A stretch of 64,000 bases of DNA from Chloroflexota bacterium (GCA_027623675.1 JAQBVF010000005.1:32001-96000); one strand, 5' to 3'. Counted from the first letter of the stretch, positions 1-10,142 are shown. The notes: a model not told the origin generated them from the sequence alone. Numbers and translations: made by a program.

Positions 1-642
1 GTGCCGCTGGTCCGCGAAGCCAAGGAACGAGGCCTGCCGGTGACCGCCGAGGTCTGCCCCCATCATCTGACCATCACCGACCAATGGGTGCTGGGCGGCA
101 AGGGCGAACCAAGAGCTTCGGCGGGCTCTCTGGCCTACGACACCGCCACCAAGGTCTACCCGCCGTTGCGGGCGCAAAGGGACGTCGATGCCCTGATTCA
201 GGGTCTGGCCGATGGGGTGATCGACTGCATCGCCACCGATCACGCGCCCCACGACATAACCAGCAAACAGGTCACCTACCAAGACGCGGCCTTTGGTATC
301 AGCGTGTTGGAGACGGCTTTGGGCTCGCTGCTACAGTTGGTCCATGGCAAGAAGCTGAGCATGGGGGCATTGGTCGACCGGTTGACCAACGGCCCCGCCA
401 AAGTGCTGGGCGAGAGCTACGCCGATCTGGCGTCGATGCAACCCGGGACCGCCGCCGACGTCGTCTTGTTCGACCCGGAGGAAGACTGGACGGTAGATAC
501 GTCTGAGTTCGAGTCCAAGGGCAGGAACACGCCGCTGGAAGGCACTAAGCTCAAGGGGCGGGTGGTGGCCACGTTCTCTGGCGGCAACATGGTTTATCAA
601 GGTCCGGGACTCAGGTTCGAAGAGTCCCGCGCCAGGGTGTGA
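1..642 (+). CDS. pyrC: Dihydroorotase, C-terminal part (5' truncated by window edge)
   Basis: AEVCPHHL, K-V-x-PPLR, IATDHAPH and SKGRNTP motifs; upstream of carA. Confidence 0.93.
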   Translation: MPLVREAKERGLPVTAEVCPHHLTITDQWVLGGKGEPRASAGSLAYDTATKVYPPLRAQRDVDALIQGLADGVIDCIATDHAPHDITSKQVTYQDAAFGISVLETALGSLLQLVHGKKLSMGALVDRLTNGPAKVLGESYADLASMQPGTAADVVLFDPEEDWTVDTSEFESKGRNTPLEGTKLKGRVVATFSGGNMVYQGPGLRFEESRARV

Positions 643-763
643 CAACCCGAGTCAAACATCCCAGCTCCCAACGAGAAAACACAGAAACACAGCAAGAAAC
701 CGTTGCAAGCAACCATGGAAAAAATCGCGAACCAAATCGTAAATAAGGAGCGGGTGCGCTACG

Positions 764-1882
764 TTGCGTGATCCAGGCAAGCCCGGAGGGCCAGCTTTTC
801 TGGTCCTAGAAGACGGCTCGGTCCACGAAGGACTAAGTTTTGGCGCCGAGGCCGACGGCCTTGGCGAGACGGTGTTCAACACCAGCATGACCGGCTATCA
901 GGAGATCCTGACTGACCCGTCCTATGCCGGACAATTGGTGTTACTGACCTATCCTCTGGTGGGGAACTACGGCATCAACCCCCAGGATTTTGAGTCGGCC
1001 CGCATCCAGGTCGGCGGCATGATCGTGCGGGAGCACTGCGAGCAGCCCAGCCACGGCCGCAGCGACCGGACCCTGCATGAGTTCCTAGCCAGCCAGGGCA
1101 TCCCCGGCATCTGCGAGATTGACACCAGGGCCGTCACCCGCCGGCTGCGGTCGAACGGCGTCATGATGGGCGTCATAACCACCGGAGACCCCGATGCGGC
1201 GCTGAGGCGGCTGCAAGACACCCCCGCCTACGACGACATGGATTACGTCGCCACCGTCAGCACCGGCCAGCCGTATGACTGGCCCGGCGGAGAAGCCGGG
1301 GAAGATGAGGATGCCAAACGACACATCCTGGTGACCGACTGCGGCCTCAAGTACAACATCCTGCGGCAGCTCCGCCGCCGGGGCTGCCGGGTGACGGTGG
1401 TGCCAGCGGCGACACCAGGGGAGGACCTGCTGGCGTTGGAGCCCTCGGGGATCCTGTTCTCCCCCGGTCCCGGCGACCCCCAGATGCTGGACTACGTGGT
1501 GGACAACACCCGCCAAATCCTGGGCCGGGTCCCGGTTATGGGTATCTGCTTAGGCCACCAGATAGTCGCCCGGGCGCTGGGCGCTGGGACCTTCAAGCTA
1601 AAGTTCGGCCACCGGGGCGGCAACCACCCGGTCAAAGACCTGGCCGACGGACGCGTTTACATAACCGCGCAGAACCACGGTTATTCCGTCAGCGCGGAGA
1701 AACTGCCGTCGGGCTTGGAGGTCTCACATATCAACTTAAATGACCAAACTGTGGAAGGTCTCAGGCATAAAAACATGCCCCTATTTACCATACAATATCA
1801 CTCCGAGGCTTCACCCGGACCCAGGGACAACGAGTATCTGTTCGACCAGTTCATCGACATGGTCGACGATTTTCAAGCCTGA
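764..1882 (+). CDS. carA: Carbamoyl-phosphate synthase small (glutaminase) subunit
   Basis: GETVFNTSMTGYQE, SPGPGDP, GICLGHQ, QNHGY, QYHSE; TTG start after AAGGAG. Confidence 0.97.
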   Translation: MRDPGKPGGPAFLVLEDGSVHEGLSFGAEADGLGETVFNTSMTGYQEILTDPSYAGQLVLLTYPLVGNYGINPQDFESARIQVGGMIVREHCEQPSHGRSDRTLHEFLASQGIPGICEIDTRAVTRRLRSNGVMMGVITTGDPDAALRRLQDTPAYDDMDYVATVSTGQPYDWPGGEAGEDEDAKRHILVTDCGLKYNILRQLRRRGCRVTVVPAATPGEDLLALEPSGILFSPGPGDPQMLDYVVDNTRQILGRVPVMGICLGHQIVARALGAGTFKLKFGHRGGNHPVKDLADGRVYITAQNHGYSVSAEKLPSGLEVSHINLNDQTVEGLRHKNMPLFTIQYHSEASPGPRDNEYLFDQFIDMVDDFQA

Positions 1883-2074
1883 TGCCCAGCCGTACTGAAC
1901 GGTTGGGCCGGCCAAGGATCAGAGAAGCCAATTAAACCGGAGCGTGATCGCTCCGATATTCGAGGAGGCGGCCACTGAGTTATTAGCAGTCAAGGTTAGG
2001 GCGAACCGATAGGACAAGCCCAAACTTCAGATTCCGACCCCAACAGGGCGCGATTATCATTTGGAGGAATATTA

Positions 2075-2491
2075 ATGTCTTCATTCGCCATGTTTCTGCT
2101 GGAGGGGGGTGTGGATGTGGAGGTGGCGGTGGACTTTGCGGGGATCGCCTCTTTGCTAGAAGAGGAAACGGCCCGCTATTCTTGTGGTGAGTACATTTAC
2201 AGATTGAGAGCAGGCAAGGGTACGCTGGGACAGCGTTGGGACCTGGTGGTAAATGCCATCGACCCCAGTGCGGAAGGCCAGCGGATGTATCCCTTGGGAC
2301 GGCTAGAGGTGGTGCCCGTGGGTCCAGGGGTAACCAACATCAACGTACCTCCCAGAATCGAACAGAGGGTTCTTGGCGAGGATGCGGCCGATTGGGACGG
2401 CAGGCTCTTCTGCTCGTTCGTCTCCCAGTTGCTCAATTCATTGCACACGCGGAGCTTGATTGAGTTGCCGTGTTTGCTTCCGACGGTTTAA
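2075..2491 (+). CDS. Hypothetical protein (138 aa) between carA and carB
   Basis: ATG preceded by GGAGGA; no family recognised. Confidence 0.75.
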   Translation: MSSFAMFLLEGGVDVEVAVDFAGIASLLEEETARYSCGEYIYRLRAGKGTLGQRWDLVVNAIDPSAEGQRMYPLGRLEVVPVGPGVTNINVPPRIEQRVLGEDAADWDGRLFCSFVSQLLNSLHTRSLIELPCLLPTV

Positions 2492-2529
2492 CGGACGGTA
2501 TAACGACTGTTTAGCCGATTTAGGTCTTG

Positions 2530-2569
2530 GATAAGCCCATCTTTCCCGTACGGGAAAGATGGGCTTATC
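2530..2569. terminator. Perfect 40-bp loopless palindrome; probable terminator/hairpin
   Basis: GATAAGCCCATCTTTCCCGT|ACGGGAAAGATGGGCTTATC, just after the stop at 2491; U-tract is weak. Confidence 0.6.
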
Positions 2570-2709
2570 TTCGAGTTACAGGCCGCATGGCCGGTCCCGG
2601 CAGCGCCGGGTTATGGTCAAAAAGTACGGCCGGGTATAACATCGAAAGGCACATATCTCCGGCCCCAAATGGGTCCGTGGCCGCAGCGAACTGCGGAAAG
2701 GAGGACAAC

Positions 2710-5700
2710 ATTCCCGACAAGCCAAAAAAGGTGCTCGTGATCGGTTCTGGCCCTATCGTCATTGGGCAAGCGGCTGAATTCGACTACGCCGGAACACAGG
2801 CCTGCAAGTCCCTTCGGGAAGAGGGCGTTACAACCGTCCTCGTCAACTCCAATCCGGCCACGATCATGACCGACCAGGGCATCGCCGACCGCGTTTATAT
2901 CGAGCCGCTTACCGTGGAGGTCCTGGAACGGATCATCGCCAGGGAGCGGCCCGATGGCATCCTGCCCACCTTGGGAGGCCAGACCGGGCTTAACCTGGCC
3001 GTGGAACTGGCCGACGCTGGAGTCCTTGAACGCTACGATGTTGGCCTTCTGGGAACGCCCTTGGAGACCATTCGGCGCTCCGAGGACCGGGACTTCTTCC
3101 GCACCTTCCTCCACGAGATCGACGAGCCAGAGCCCGAGAACCAGAGCGTTAACACCATGGAACAGGCCTGGGACGCCGCCAAACGGATGGGACTTCCTCT
3201 CGTGGTCCGGCCGGCCTACACCCTGGGCGGCAGCGGCGGCGGCATCGCCAACAACGAGGAAGAGTTCGAACACTTCGCCCGTTCCGGTCTGGCGGCTAGC
3301 CCCATCTCCCAGATCCTGTTGGAACGCTCTCTCGTCGGCTGGAAAGAGATCGAATACGAAGTGATGCGCGACGGCGCCAACAACTGCATCACCATCTGCA
3401 ACATGGAAAACCTGGACCCAATGGGCGTCCACACCGGCGACAGCATCGTGGTGGCCCCCAGCCAGACGCTGAGCGACCGGGAATACCAGATGCTCCGCAC
3501 CGCCAGCATCAAGATAATCAGGGGATTGGGCATCGAGGGCGGTTGCAACGTCCAGTTCGCCCTGCAGCCCCATCCCAGCGTCTCCAAGGCCCTGGGACAG
3601 GAATGGAACCCAGAATCGCCCTATTACGTGATTGAGGTCAACCCCAGGGTTAGCCGCAGCTCGGCTCTGGCCAGCAAGGCCACCGGCTATCCCATAGCCA
3701 GGGTCGCCGCCAAGATCGCGGTGGGCAAGAGGCTGGACGAGATCGAAAACGCCGTCACCAGACAGACCATGGCTGCATTTGAGCCGGCCCTGGACTACTG
3801 TGTGCTCAAGATTCCCCGTTGGCCATTCGACAAGTTCCCCCACGGTGACCGCCGGACCACCACCCAGATGAAAGCCACCGGCGAAGTCATGGTTATCGAG
3901 CGGTCATTCGAGGCTGCTTTGCAGAAGGGCGCCCGCTCGTTGGAGTTGGGCGGCCGGACCATGCTCTGGGAGGACCCAGCCTGGCGGACCGAAGGCAAAC
4001 TGTCTCTGGACCAGCTCCCCCTTGGCCCCAACGATGAACGCCTGTGGGCCTTGATGGCGGCGCTGCGGCGGGGAGCCACGGTGGCGGAATTGGTCGAGCA
4101 TACCTACATAGAGCCGTGGTTCATCAACGCCATGGAGCGCATCGTGAAGATGGAACGGCGGCTGCTCGGCGAGCAGCTCACGCCCAGCCTGCTCCGGTCG
4201 GCCAAGCGGATGGGCTTCTCCGACGGTCAGGTGGGCACCCTGGCCGACATGCTGCCGGAACAGGTGCGCAACCAACGTCACGAATGGGGCCTGCGTCCCG
4301 TTTACAAGACGGTAGATACCTGCGCCGCGGAATTCGAGGCCGTCACCCCCTATTACTACAGCACCTATGACCAGGAGAACGAGGCCCCGCCCTTAAAGGG
4401 CAGGAAGGCGGTGGTCATTGGCAGCGGCCCGATCCGCATCGGACAGGGCATCGAGTTCGACTATTGCAGCGTCCATGCCTCTTGGGCGCTCTCCGAGGCC
4501 GGTGTCCGCAGCATCATGATCAACTCCAACCCGGAGACTGTATCCACCGACTTTGACGCCAGCGACCGGCTCTATTTCGAGCCGCTGGACGAAGAATCGG
4601 TCCGTGACATATTGGAGAACGAAGAGGTTGACGACGTCGTGCCTCCCTCGGTGGTGCAGTTCGGCGGCCAAACGGCCATCAACCTGTCCCAGTCGTTGTC
4701 CATGGCCGGCATGCCCATCTTGGGTTCGAGCGCCGAGGCCATCGACATCGCCTCCGACCGGCACAAGTTCGAGGACTTTTTGGCCCGGCTGGGCATTCCC
4801 CAGCCGCCTGGCGCAGCTGTAACCTCGGTAGAAGAGGCCCTAAAGGTGGCCCAGAACATCGGCTATCCCGCCGTGGTGCGCCCCAGCTACGTCTTGGGCG
4901 GGCGGGCTATGGAGATCGTCCAGAACGCCACCGAGTTGATCTACTACCTTACGGCGGCGGTGGAGATGTCCCCGGACAAACCGGTGCTGATCGACCGGTA
5001 CATGGAGGGGAAGGAGTGTGAGGTCGACGCCATCTGCGACGGGGAGCAGGTGCTGATTCCCGGCATCATGGAGCACGTGGAGCGGGCCGGAGTCCATAGC
5101 GGAGACTCCATGGCCATCTATCCCGGCCTTAACCTCAGTCCACGCGAGGTCGAAACCATCGTCGATTACACAACCCGGATCGGCCTGGCCCTGGGGGTTA
5201 AAGGCTTGATGAACGTGCAATTCGTCATCCACGGCGGCGCGGCTTACCGCAGCCCCAGGACCCACCAAGACGACGGCGAACCCACCACGGTTTACATAAT
5301 CGAGGTAAACCCGCGCGGCAGCCGGACCATCCCATTCATATCGAAACTCACCGGGGTGCCGGTGGCGAAACTGGCGACTCGGATCATGCTGGGAGAGACG
5401 TTAACGGGCTTGGGTTTCCAGGGCGGATTGTGGCCGTCCCAAAACCTGGTTGGGGTAAAGGCCCCGGTGTTCTCCATGGCCAAGCTGGTGGGCGTTGACT
5501 GGCATCTGGGGCCGGAGATGAAATCCACCGGCGAAGTGATGGGGGTCGACCGCGATTTTCAAAAGGCGCTGACCAAGGCCCTATTGGCGGCCAACCTGGA
5601 GCTGGTTCCGGGGACCGGGGTGCTCCTCAGTATCGCCGATCAACACAAGGCGGAAGCAGCCTCTTTGGTGCGGGACCTGAATAACGCCGGCTGCCTGCTC

Positions 5701-6012
5701 TACGCCACCGAGGGCACGGCGGCGATGATCTCGGCGATGGGCTTGCCGGTGAACATGACCACCAAGAAGCTGAGCGAAGGTCATCCCAACGTGGTGGACG
5801 TGATCGAAGACGGCAGCGTGAAGGCAGTGATAAACACCATCTCTGGCGCTCCAGACGTCATGCGCGACGGGTTCTACATCCGGAGGGCGGCGGTGGAGAA
5901 GCACATACCCTGCTTTACCTCGCTAGACACCGCCCGGGCCGCCGCCGAGAGCCTGTCCATGGAACCGGCGTCATACAACATCGCCACCATCGGCGAATAC
6001 CTGAACGGCTAG
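2710..6012 (+). CDS. carB: Carbamoyl-phosphate synthase large subunit (probable ATT start at 2710)
   Basis: GSGPIVIGQAAEFDY and GSGPIRIGQGIEFDY halves, two IEVNPR motifs, C-terminal MGS domain; AAGGAGG at 2698-2704 is 5 nt before in-frame ATT-CCC (IPDKPKKVLVIG matches the usual MP..KKVLVIG start). Confidence 0.97.
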   Translation: MPDKPKKVLVIGSGPIVIGQAAEFDYAGTQACKSLREEGVTTVLVNSNPATIMTDQGIADRVYIEPLTVEVLERIIARERPDGILPTLGGQTGLNLAVELADAGVLERYDVGLLGTPLETIRRSEDRDFFRTFLHEIDEPEPENQSVNTMEQAWDAAKRMGLPLVVRPAYTLGGSGGGIANNEEEFEHFARSGLAASPISQILLERSLVGWKEIEYEVMRDGANNCITICNMENLDPMGVHTGDSIVVAPSQTLSDREYQMLRTASIKIIRGLGIEGGCNVQFALQPHPSVSKALGQEWNPESPYYVIEVNPRVSRSSALASKATGYPIARVAAKIAVGKRLDEIENAVTRQTMAAFEPALDYCVLKIPRWPFDKFPHGDRRTTTQMKATGEVMVIERSFEAALQKGARSLELGGRTMLWEDPAWRTEGKLSLDQLPLGPNDERLWALMAALRRGATVAELVEHTYIEPWFINAMERIVKMERRLLGEQLTPSLLRSAKRMGFSDGQVGTLADMLPEQVRNQRHEWGLRPVYKTVDTCAAEFEAVTPYYYSTYDQENEAPPLKGRKAVVIGSGPIRIGQGIEFDYCSVHASWALSEAGVRSIMINSNPETVSTDFDASDRLYFEPLDEESVRDILENEEVDDVVPPSVVQFGGQTAINLSQSLSMAGMPILGSSAEAIDIASDRHKFEDFLARLGIPQPPGAAVTSVEEALKVAQNIGYPAVVRPSYVLGGRAMEIVQNATELIYYLTAAVEMSPDKPVLIDRYMEGKECEVDAICDGEQVLIPGIMEHVERAGVHSGDSMAIYPGLNLSPREVETIVDYTTRIGLALGVKGLMNVQFVIHGGAAYRSPRTHQDDGEPTTVYIIEVNPRGSRTIPFISKLTGVPVAKLATRIMLGETLTGLGFQGGLWPSQNLVGVKAPVFSMAKLVGVDWHLGPEMKSTGEVMGVDRDFQKALTKALLAANLELVPGTGVLLSIADQHKAEAASLVRDLNNAGCLLYATEGTAAMISAMGLPVNMTTKKLSEGHPNVVDVIEDGSVKAVINTISGAPDVMRDGFYIRRAAVEKHIPCFTSLDTARAAAESLSMEPASYNIATIGEYLNG

Positions 6013-6243
6013 AGTGTTCCGGTTATTGTCCTGGCCGCCAATTTTCCCATTCCCCTGCCAAAAAGGGTTATTCCCTTTTCCTTTTACCAAAGATAATTAG
6101 CGCCTAATTGCACGGTTTGGGTCATTCGATTTGTGGTCTTGGGCGGGCGGTCTGCTTGCTTGGAATCAACTTTGCATCAGGGTGGCAAAGGATGATTAGT
6201 CCGACCACCAAGGTTCTTATTCGTAGAGGCATTATTCTTTGAT

Positions 6244-7257
6244 TTAGCCTCTGATAAGCGGATCACCGTCGTTGCCAAGATAACGCCCCGAAGATCCAGA
6301 GTGGCTCCAGTCACGAGACCGAAAAACGTCATAGATCATATATATGGCGTTGGCAATCCGGTCTCTCCCGCGAAACCCCGGCCAGGCGAAGGCCAAGTGC
6401 CGAGGCTTTCTTAGCCGCTTTGTGATCAGGTCAAGTTCCTTATCTCCCAGAGTGTTTAGACGGTGGGCGTGCTCACACAGAGATAGGGCGTAATCCAAGT
6501 AGCCATACACAACACAGATGGTGAGACCCTTCAAAAAGGCGGCTTTGCTGCAATCGGCCTCTATCAAAAGTGCTTCCGGGGTTTTGAGATATAACGCGTC
6601 GGCGAACACCATTTGGCCTTTCCTGCCTCCGATATATTTGGCGTTCTCTCGCTTCCAGTCGATGGGTCTCATGTCGAATAAAGCGAAACCCAAGCTTCGA
6701 AGATATTGGTCTACGTCCGAGAACAGGGGTTGTTCTTGGTAAAGTTCGGCGAATTCGACTTCCACTTCAATGCCAAATACCGATTTGTCCAACGTTTCAG
6801 ACCCGCCCTGAAGTATCAACAACTCAGTGCCCTGGGTATCAAGCTTGATGAAATCAACACTATCAATGCCGCCTTCCCTCAAAGCCTGGTCAAGCGGCTT
6901 AACCGTAACTTTGGTGGTGGATAATATGTCCCAACGGTCAGCCTCGGGGAATTCCGACAAGAACTTTGCATTGGGTCGAAGGAGCGATGAACACCCCGGG
7001 CTCCGCGTGTTGTAGAAATCGGCTTCTCCAGCCACATTCGAAAGCGCCGTATTTAGGTAGGTGTGACCTCTTGAGCCGCTAGATTCATTGGCCAGTGCTC
7101 GATACGCCTCGGGGTCGGGTTCAAACCCAATCACCTGCAAGTGCTTCCTGCATTGGTTCCAACGGGTGTGGATACCGCCCCTGACTCCTATATCAACCAA
7201 CCGTAGAGGAAATTCGTGGTAATAGGCATCAAAGGTAGGATCGAAAAACGGATTCAT
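6244..7257 (-). CDS. FkbM-family SAM-dependent methyltransferase
   Basis: VDIGVRGG, GFEPD, DFIKLDTQGTEL, EVEF...Y..QPLF; start MNPFF assumed; visibly AT-richer than neighbours. Confidence 0.88.
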   Translation of the reverse strand: MNPFFDPTFDAYYHEFPLRLVDIGVRGGIHTRWNQCRKHLQVIGFEPDPEAYRALANESSGSRGHTYLNTALSNVAGEADFYNTRSPGCSSLLRPNAKFLSEFPEADRWDILSTTKVTVKPLDQALREGGIDSVDFIKLDTQGTELLILQGGSETLDKSVFGIEVEVEFAELYQEQPLFSDVDQYLRSLGFALFDMRPIDWKRENAKYIGGRKGQMVFADALYLKTPEALLIEADCSKAAFLKGLTICVVYGYLDYALSLCEHAHRLNTLGDKELDLITKRLRKPRHLAFAWPGFRGRDRIANAIYMIYDVFRSRDWSHSGSSGRYLGNDGDPLIRG

Positions 7258-7607
7258 TACGACCGCCTTGAGGATTTTCCTGGTTGCTCTGGCAAGGCGC
7301 CTACATGATAAGCAAAAGGGATTTGGTTTAGCGTCCTTCGGCGGGGGCGCTTTGCACAAGAAGGTGAATGCAGTTGTTCATTTGTGCGTGGATTTTAGGG
7401 GTAAGGTGGACCCGGGTTTTCGGACAGGTGTTTAAGTGGGAGTTCCAATCCGAAAATAGCCACAGCAACAGGTGTGGCGACCGGCGAAATATGAGGAAGC
7501 GTACCAGAAGGCTTATATCTGTAAGGCTTATATCTGTGGCCGGGCTGATCCGGGCGGTCGGGAGGCCAAGACTGGGATCGGGAATTACTACCTCTTCTGC
7601 CGCCTGG

Positions 7608-8561
7608 CTACCAGTCCAGCTCCGTGCCCAGACCCTGTGCTTTGGCCTTGTCGTAGGCCAGTTTGGCGGCGGCGACATCTGCCACGCCCGTGCCCATGAT
7701 CTTGGCGTAGACCACCTGGTCCCTGCTCTCTCGTCCGGTCACCGCCCCAGACACCACATGCCTAAGCTCGTGGACCTTGCTCCACTGGATGATCCCCTTG
7801 TCCACCGCGCTGCACAGGTCGCCGGCCTCGATCCGTGCCTGTTCTGTCGAATCGACGATGAGCCTCCCGGCGCGGGCGATTGTCGCATCGTCAACCTCCC
7901 GGGCGCGCCAGGTGGTGGGTCCGGCGCCGATGACGGTGCTGCCGTCCTTGAGCCAGGACCCTTCAACCACCGGGTCCATGGTGGCGGCGATACAGACAAC
8001 CACGTCGCAATCGCGGACGGCCTCCTCGTTGGTGGCGGCGGCGGAGACATCGATGCCCAAGTCGCCGGTCATCTTGCGGGCGAATCCTTCCCGGCGCTCC
8101 TTGGTGCGGCTGAATGCTTTTACGTTCTTGATGCCCCGAACCTTGGAGATGGCTTCCAATTGCGTGGGCGCCTGGCCGCCGGTGCCGATCAACCCCACGG
8201 TGAGGTTGCCGGGGTTGGCCAGGTGTTTGACCGTTACGCCGGTGGACGCGCCGGTGCGGAGTTGGCCCAGCCGGTTGGCCTGGGTGTAGCAGAGCAGCTT
8301 ACCCGTGCCGGCGTCGTAAAGGCTGACCTGGAAGGAGTAGGCGCCCTTGACCACCGTGTAGGTCTTGACTCCCAGTAGTCCCTGGTGGAAGAGGCCGCCG
8401 CCCATCACCGACAGCATGCCGCCATCGGCGATGATCTTGCGGCGGGTCATGTTATGGGCTTTGCCTTCGCCGTATTGGCGTTGCATGTTTTCTATGGCCA
8501 CCAGCATGTCATCCATGGTCACGCATTGGGCCACATCTTCGTCTTTGAGGAAAAGAGTCAT
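7608..8561 (-). CDS. Ornithine cyclodeaminase / mu-crystallin family protein
   Basis: LRTGA, GLIGTGGQA, GTGVADVAAA motifs. Confidence 0.9.
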   Translation of the reverse strand: MTLFLKDEDVAQCVTMDDMLVAIENMQRQYGEGKAHNMTRRKIIADGGMLSVMGGGLFHQGLLGVKTYTVVKGAYSFQVSLYDAGTGKLLCYTQANRLGQLRTGASTGVTVKHLANPGNLTVGLIGTGGQAPTQLEAISKVRGIKNVKAFSRTKERREGFARKMTGDLGIDVSAAATNEEAVRDCDVVVCIAATMDPVVEGSWLKDGSTVIGAGPTTWRAREVDDATIARAGRLIVDSTEQARIEAGDLCSAVDKGIIQWSKVHELRHVVSGAVTGRESRDQVVYAKIMGTGVADVAAAKLAYDKAKAQGLGTELDW

Positions 8562-8734
8562 CGCTGGAAGGTACCTCCGCCGTGGCCCAGGCGCGCAAAC
8601 CCGCATCAGGCCGATTGCCATTTCGCCGCTAGCCGCGGGCCGACAGCCAAATGGTGGGGGCTAGTATACGTCTGCCAGAAGTCCCTGACTATATAGGGGA
8701 AGCGGTCCGGAAGCAGGAAGCCGCGGCGGCCGAG

Positions 8735-8974
8735 TTACTTAAAGAACTCTCGGTTCATCTTGATGTACTCGCGCCATGCGGAAGGAACGGTAAACTCATC
8801 GAATATGGCGTTTACCGGGCAAACGGAGACACAGTAGGAGCAATCGATGCACGTGGCGGGGTCGATGAAATACTGGGTCGCATCGGGCTTGGTGGAGATG
8901 CAGTCTACAGGGCAGACCTCAGTGCAGGAGGCGTCTTTTACCCCGTTACAGGGTTCTGTAATGATGAATGGCAT
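8735..8974 (-). CDS. Ferredoxin (dicluster, 7Fe/8Fe type)
   Basis: C..VKDASC.EVCPVDC and CIDCSYCVSVCPVNA. Confidence 0.92.
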   Translation of the reverse strand: MPFIITEPCNGVKDASCTEVCPVDCISTKPDATQYFIDPATCIDCSYCVSVCPVNAIFDEFTVPSAWREYIKMNREFFK

Positions 8975-9057
8975 TCGATTCTCGTAATGGGAATCTGACG
9001 ATTGGGCCGACTGATTTAGCCGCAATAACCATCGGCGAAGTGCCGTTGGGCTATTCT

Positions 9058-9086
9058 ATTCTCAAATCACCCCTTTATTTTGTCAA
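9058..9086 (-). promoter_or_regulatory. Putative sigma70 promoter for the ferredoxin, in the divergent AT-rich LysR spacer
   Basis: TTGACA-17 nt-GAGAAT on the minus strand. Confidence 0.45.
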
Positions 9087-9142
9087 GGGATAGTATATGA
9101 TATATTATATTGTACGATAAGTGGTGTTCGATAGGGGGTTGA

Positions 9143-10102
9143 ATGGAACTACGGGAACTCATTAGCTTTTACCATGTTGCCAGGGTGCGCAGTGTTTCAA
9201 AGGCAGCAAGGACCTTGGAATTGGGTCAGCCGACGGTCACGACACACCTTCGCAAATTGGAAGATGAGTTCGGTATCACTCTATTCGACCGCATCAAGCG
9301 CCCGATTCAGTTGACCTCTGAAGGAGTCACCCTGCTGGAGTTGGTGACCCCGGTTGTCACTTCAGTCGACGCCTTGAAAACCCAGATGGACTACGCCGAG
9401 CGGCGGGGTTCATTCGTGGTCGGCGCCTATCCGGACCTGGTCACCCATCATCTGCCTCAGGGTATCCAGAGGTTCAGAGAAGACTACCCGGAAGTGCGCA
9501 TCCGGCTGCTCGCCCGTTCGTATAACCCCCTGATTCAATTGGTCCGGTCCGGCGAGATTGACCTGGCATTCTGTTCATCGCCGCCAGCCGATGATTCAAG
9601 CCTGGAATTCAAGGAACTTTTTAAGTACAACACGGTTCTTTTGACGCCGCCGGGGCATGAATTGTTGCACGGCGAACCCATCAAGCTGGAAGACCTGGCC
9701 TCGCTGCCCTTGATCTTGACCGCACCCGAGAGTCAGCTTCGCCAGCGAGTGGAGCAGGCCTTTAAGAACAAAGGACTTGTGCCCGACGTGGTCCTGGCGC
9801 TGGACGATACCGTGTCCATGAAGCGCTATGTTGAGATTGGAATGGGTGTCGCCATCGGCAGCGACTTCACCTTGCATTCAGAAGACCACGACCGGTTTGG
9901 CGTCGTTCGCCTCGACCACATGTTCCCGAGTTCGGTCATCGGCGTTTGCACGCTGAAGGGGAAGTTCGCCGGTCAAGCAGTGCGCAACTTCATCGAGATG
10001 ATGTCCGACCAGATCCGGAACTTCCACGACAACCTTTGGCCCCTGGAAGTAACGAATGGCGTGGGGGCCGGGTTGGCCGAAGTGGGCTCCACAGAAGACT
10101 AG
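9143..10102 (+). CDS. LysR-family transcriptional regulator
   Basis: N-terminal HTH (SVSKAARTL..GQPTVT..LR.LEDE.G..LFDR) plus substrate-binding domain. Confidence 0.95.
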   Translation: MELRELISFYHVARVRSVSKAARTLELGQPTVTTHLRKLEDEFGITLFDRIKRPIQLTSEGVTLLELVTPVVTSVDALKTQMDYAERRGSFVVGAYPDLVTHHLPQGIQRFREDYPEVRIRLLARSYNPLIQLVRSGEIDLAFCSSPPADDSSLEFKELFKYNTVLLTPPGHELLHGEPIKLEDLASLPLILTAPESQLRQRVEQAFKNKGLVPDVVLALDDTVSMKRYVEIGMGVAIGSDFTLHSEDHDRFGVVRLDHMFPSSVIGVCTLKGKFAGQAVRNFIEMMSDQIRNFHDNLWPLEVTNGVGAGLAEVGSTED

Positions 10103-10142
10103 AGAAGAGGACTAGAGAAGAGGACTAGAGAAAAAGACTAGG
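10097..10142 (+). repeat. Tandem 13-bp repeat GACTAGAGAAGAG x~3.5 starting at the LysR stop
   Basis: Units at 10097, 10110, 10123 (degenerate), 10136 (partial). Confidence 0.85.

Noticed and set aside
2527..2709. 61-aa N-terminal extension of CarB
   Set aside because: No RBS, runs through a strong palindrome, and is not CarB-like
10097..10142. CRISPR array (also considered 42034-42103, 43371-43430, 46590-46657)
   Set aside because: Units are too short or only two copies, with no unique 30-40-nt spacers and no cas genes
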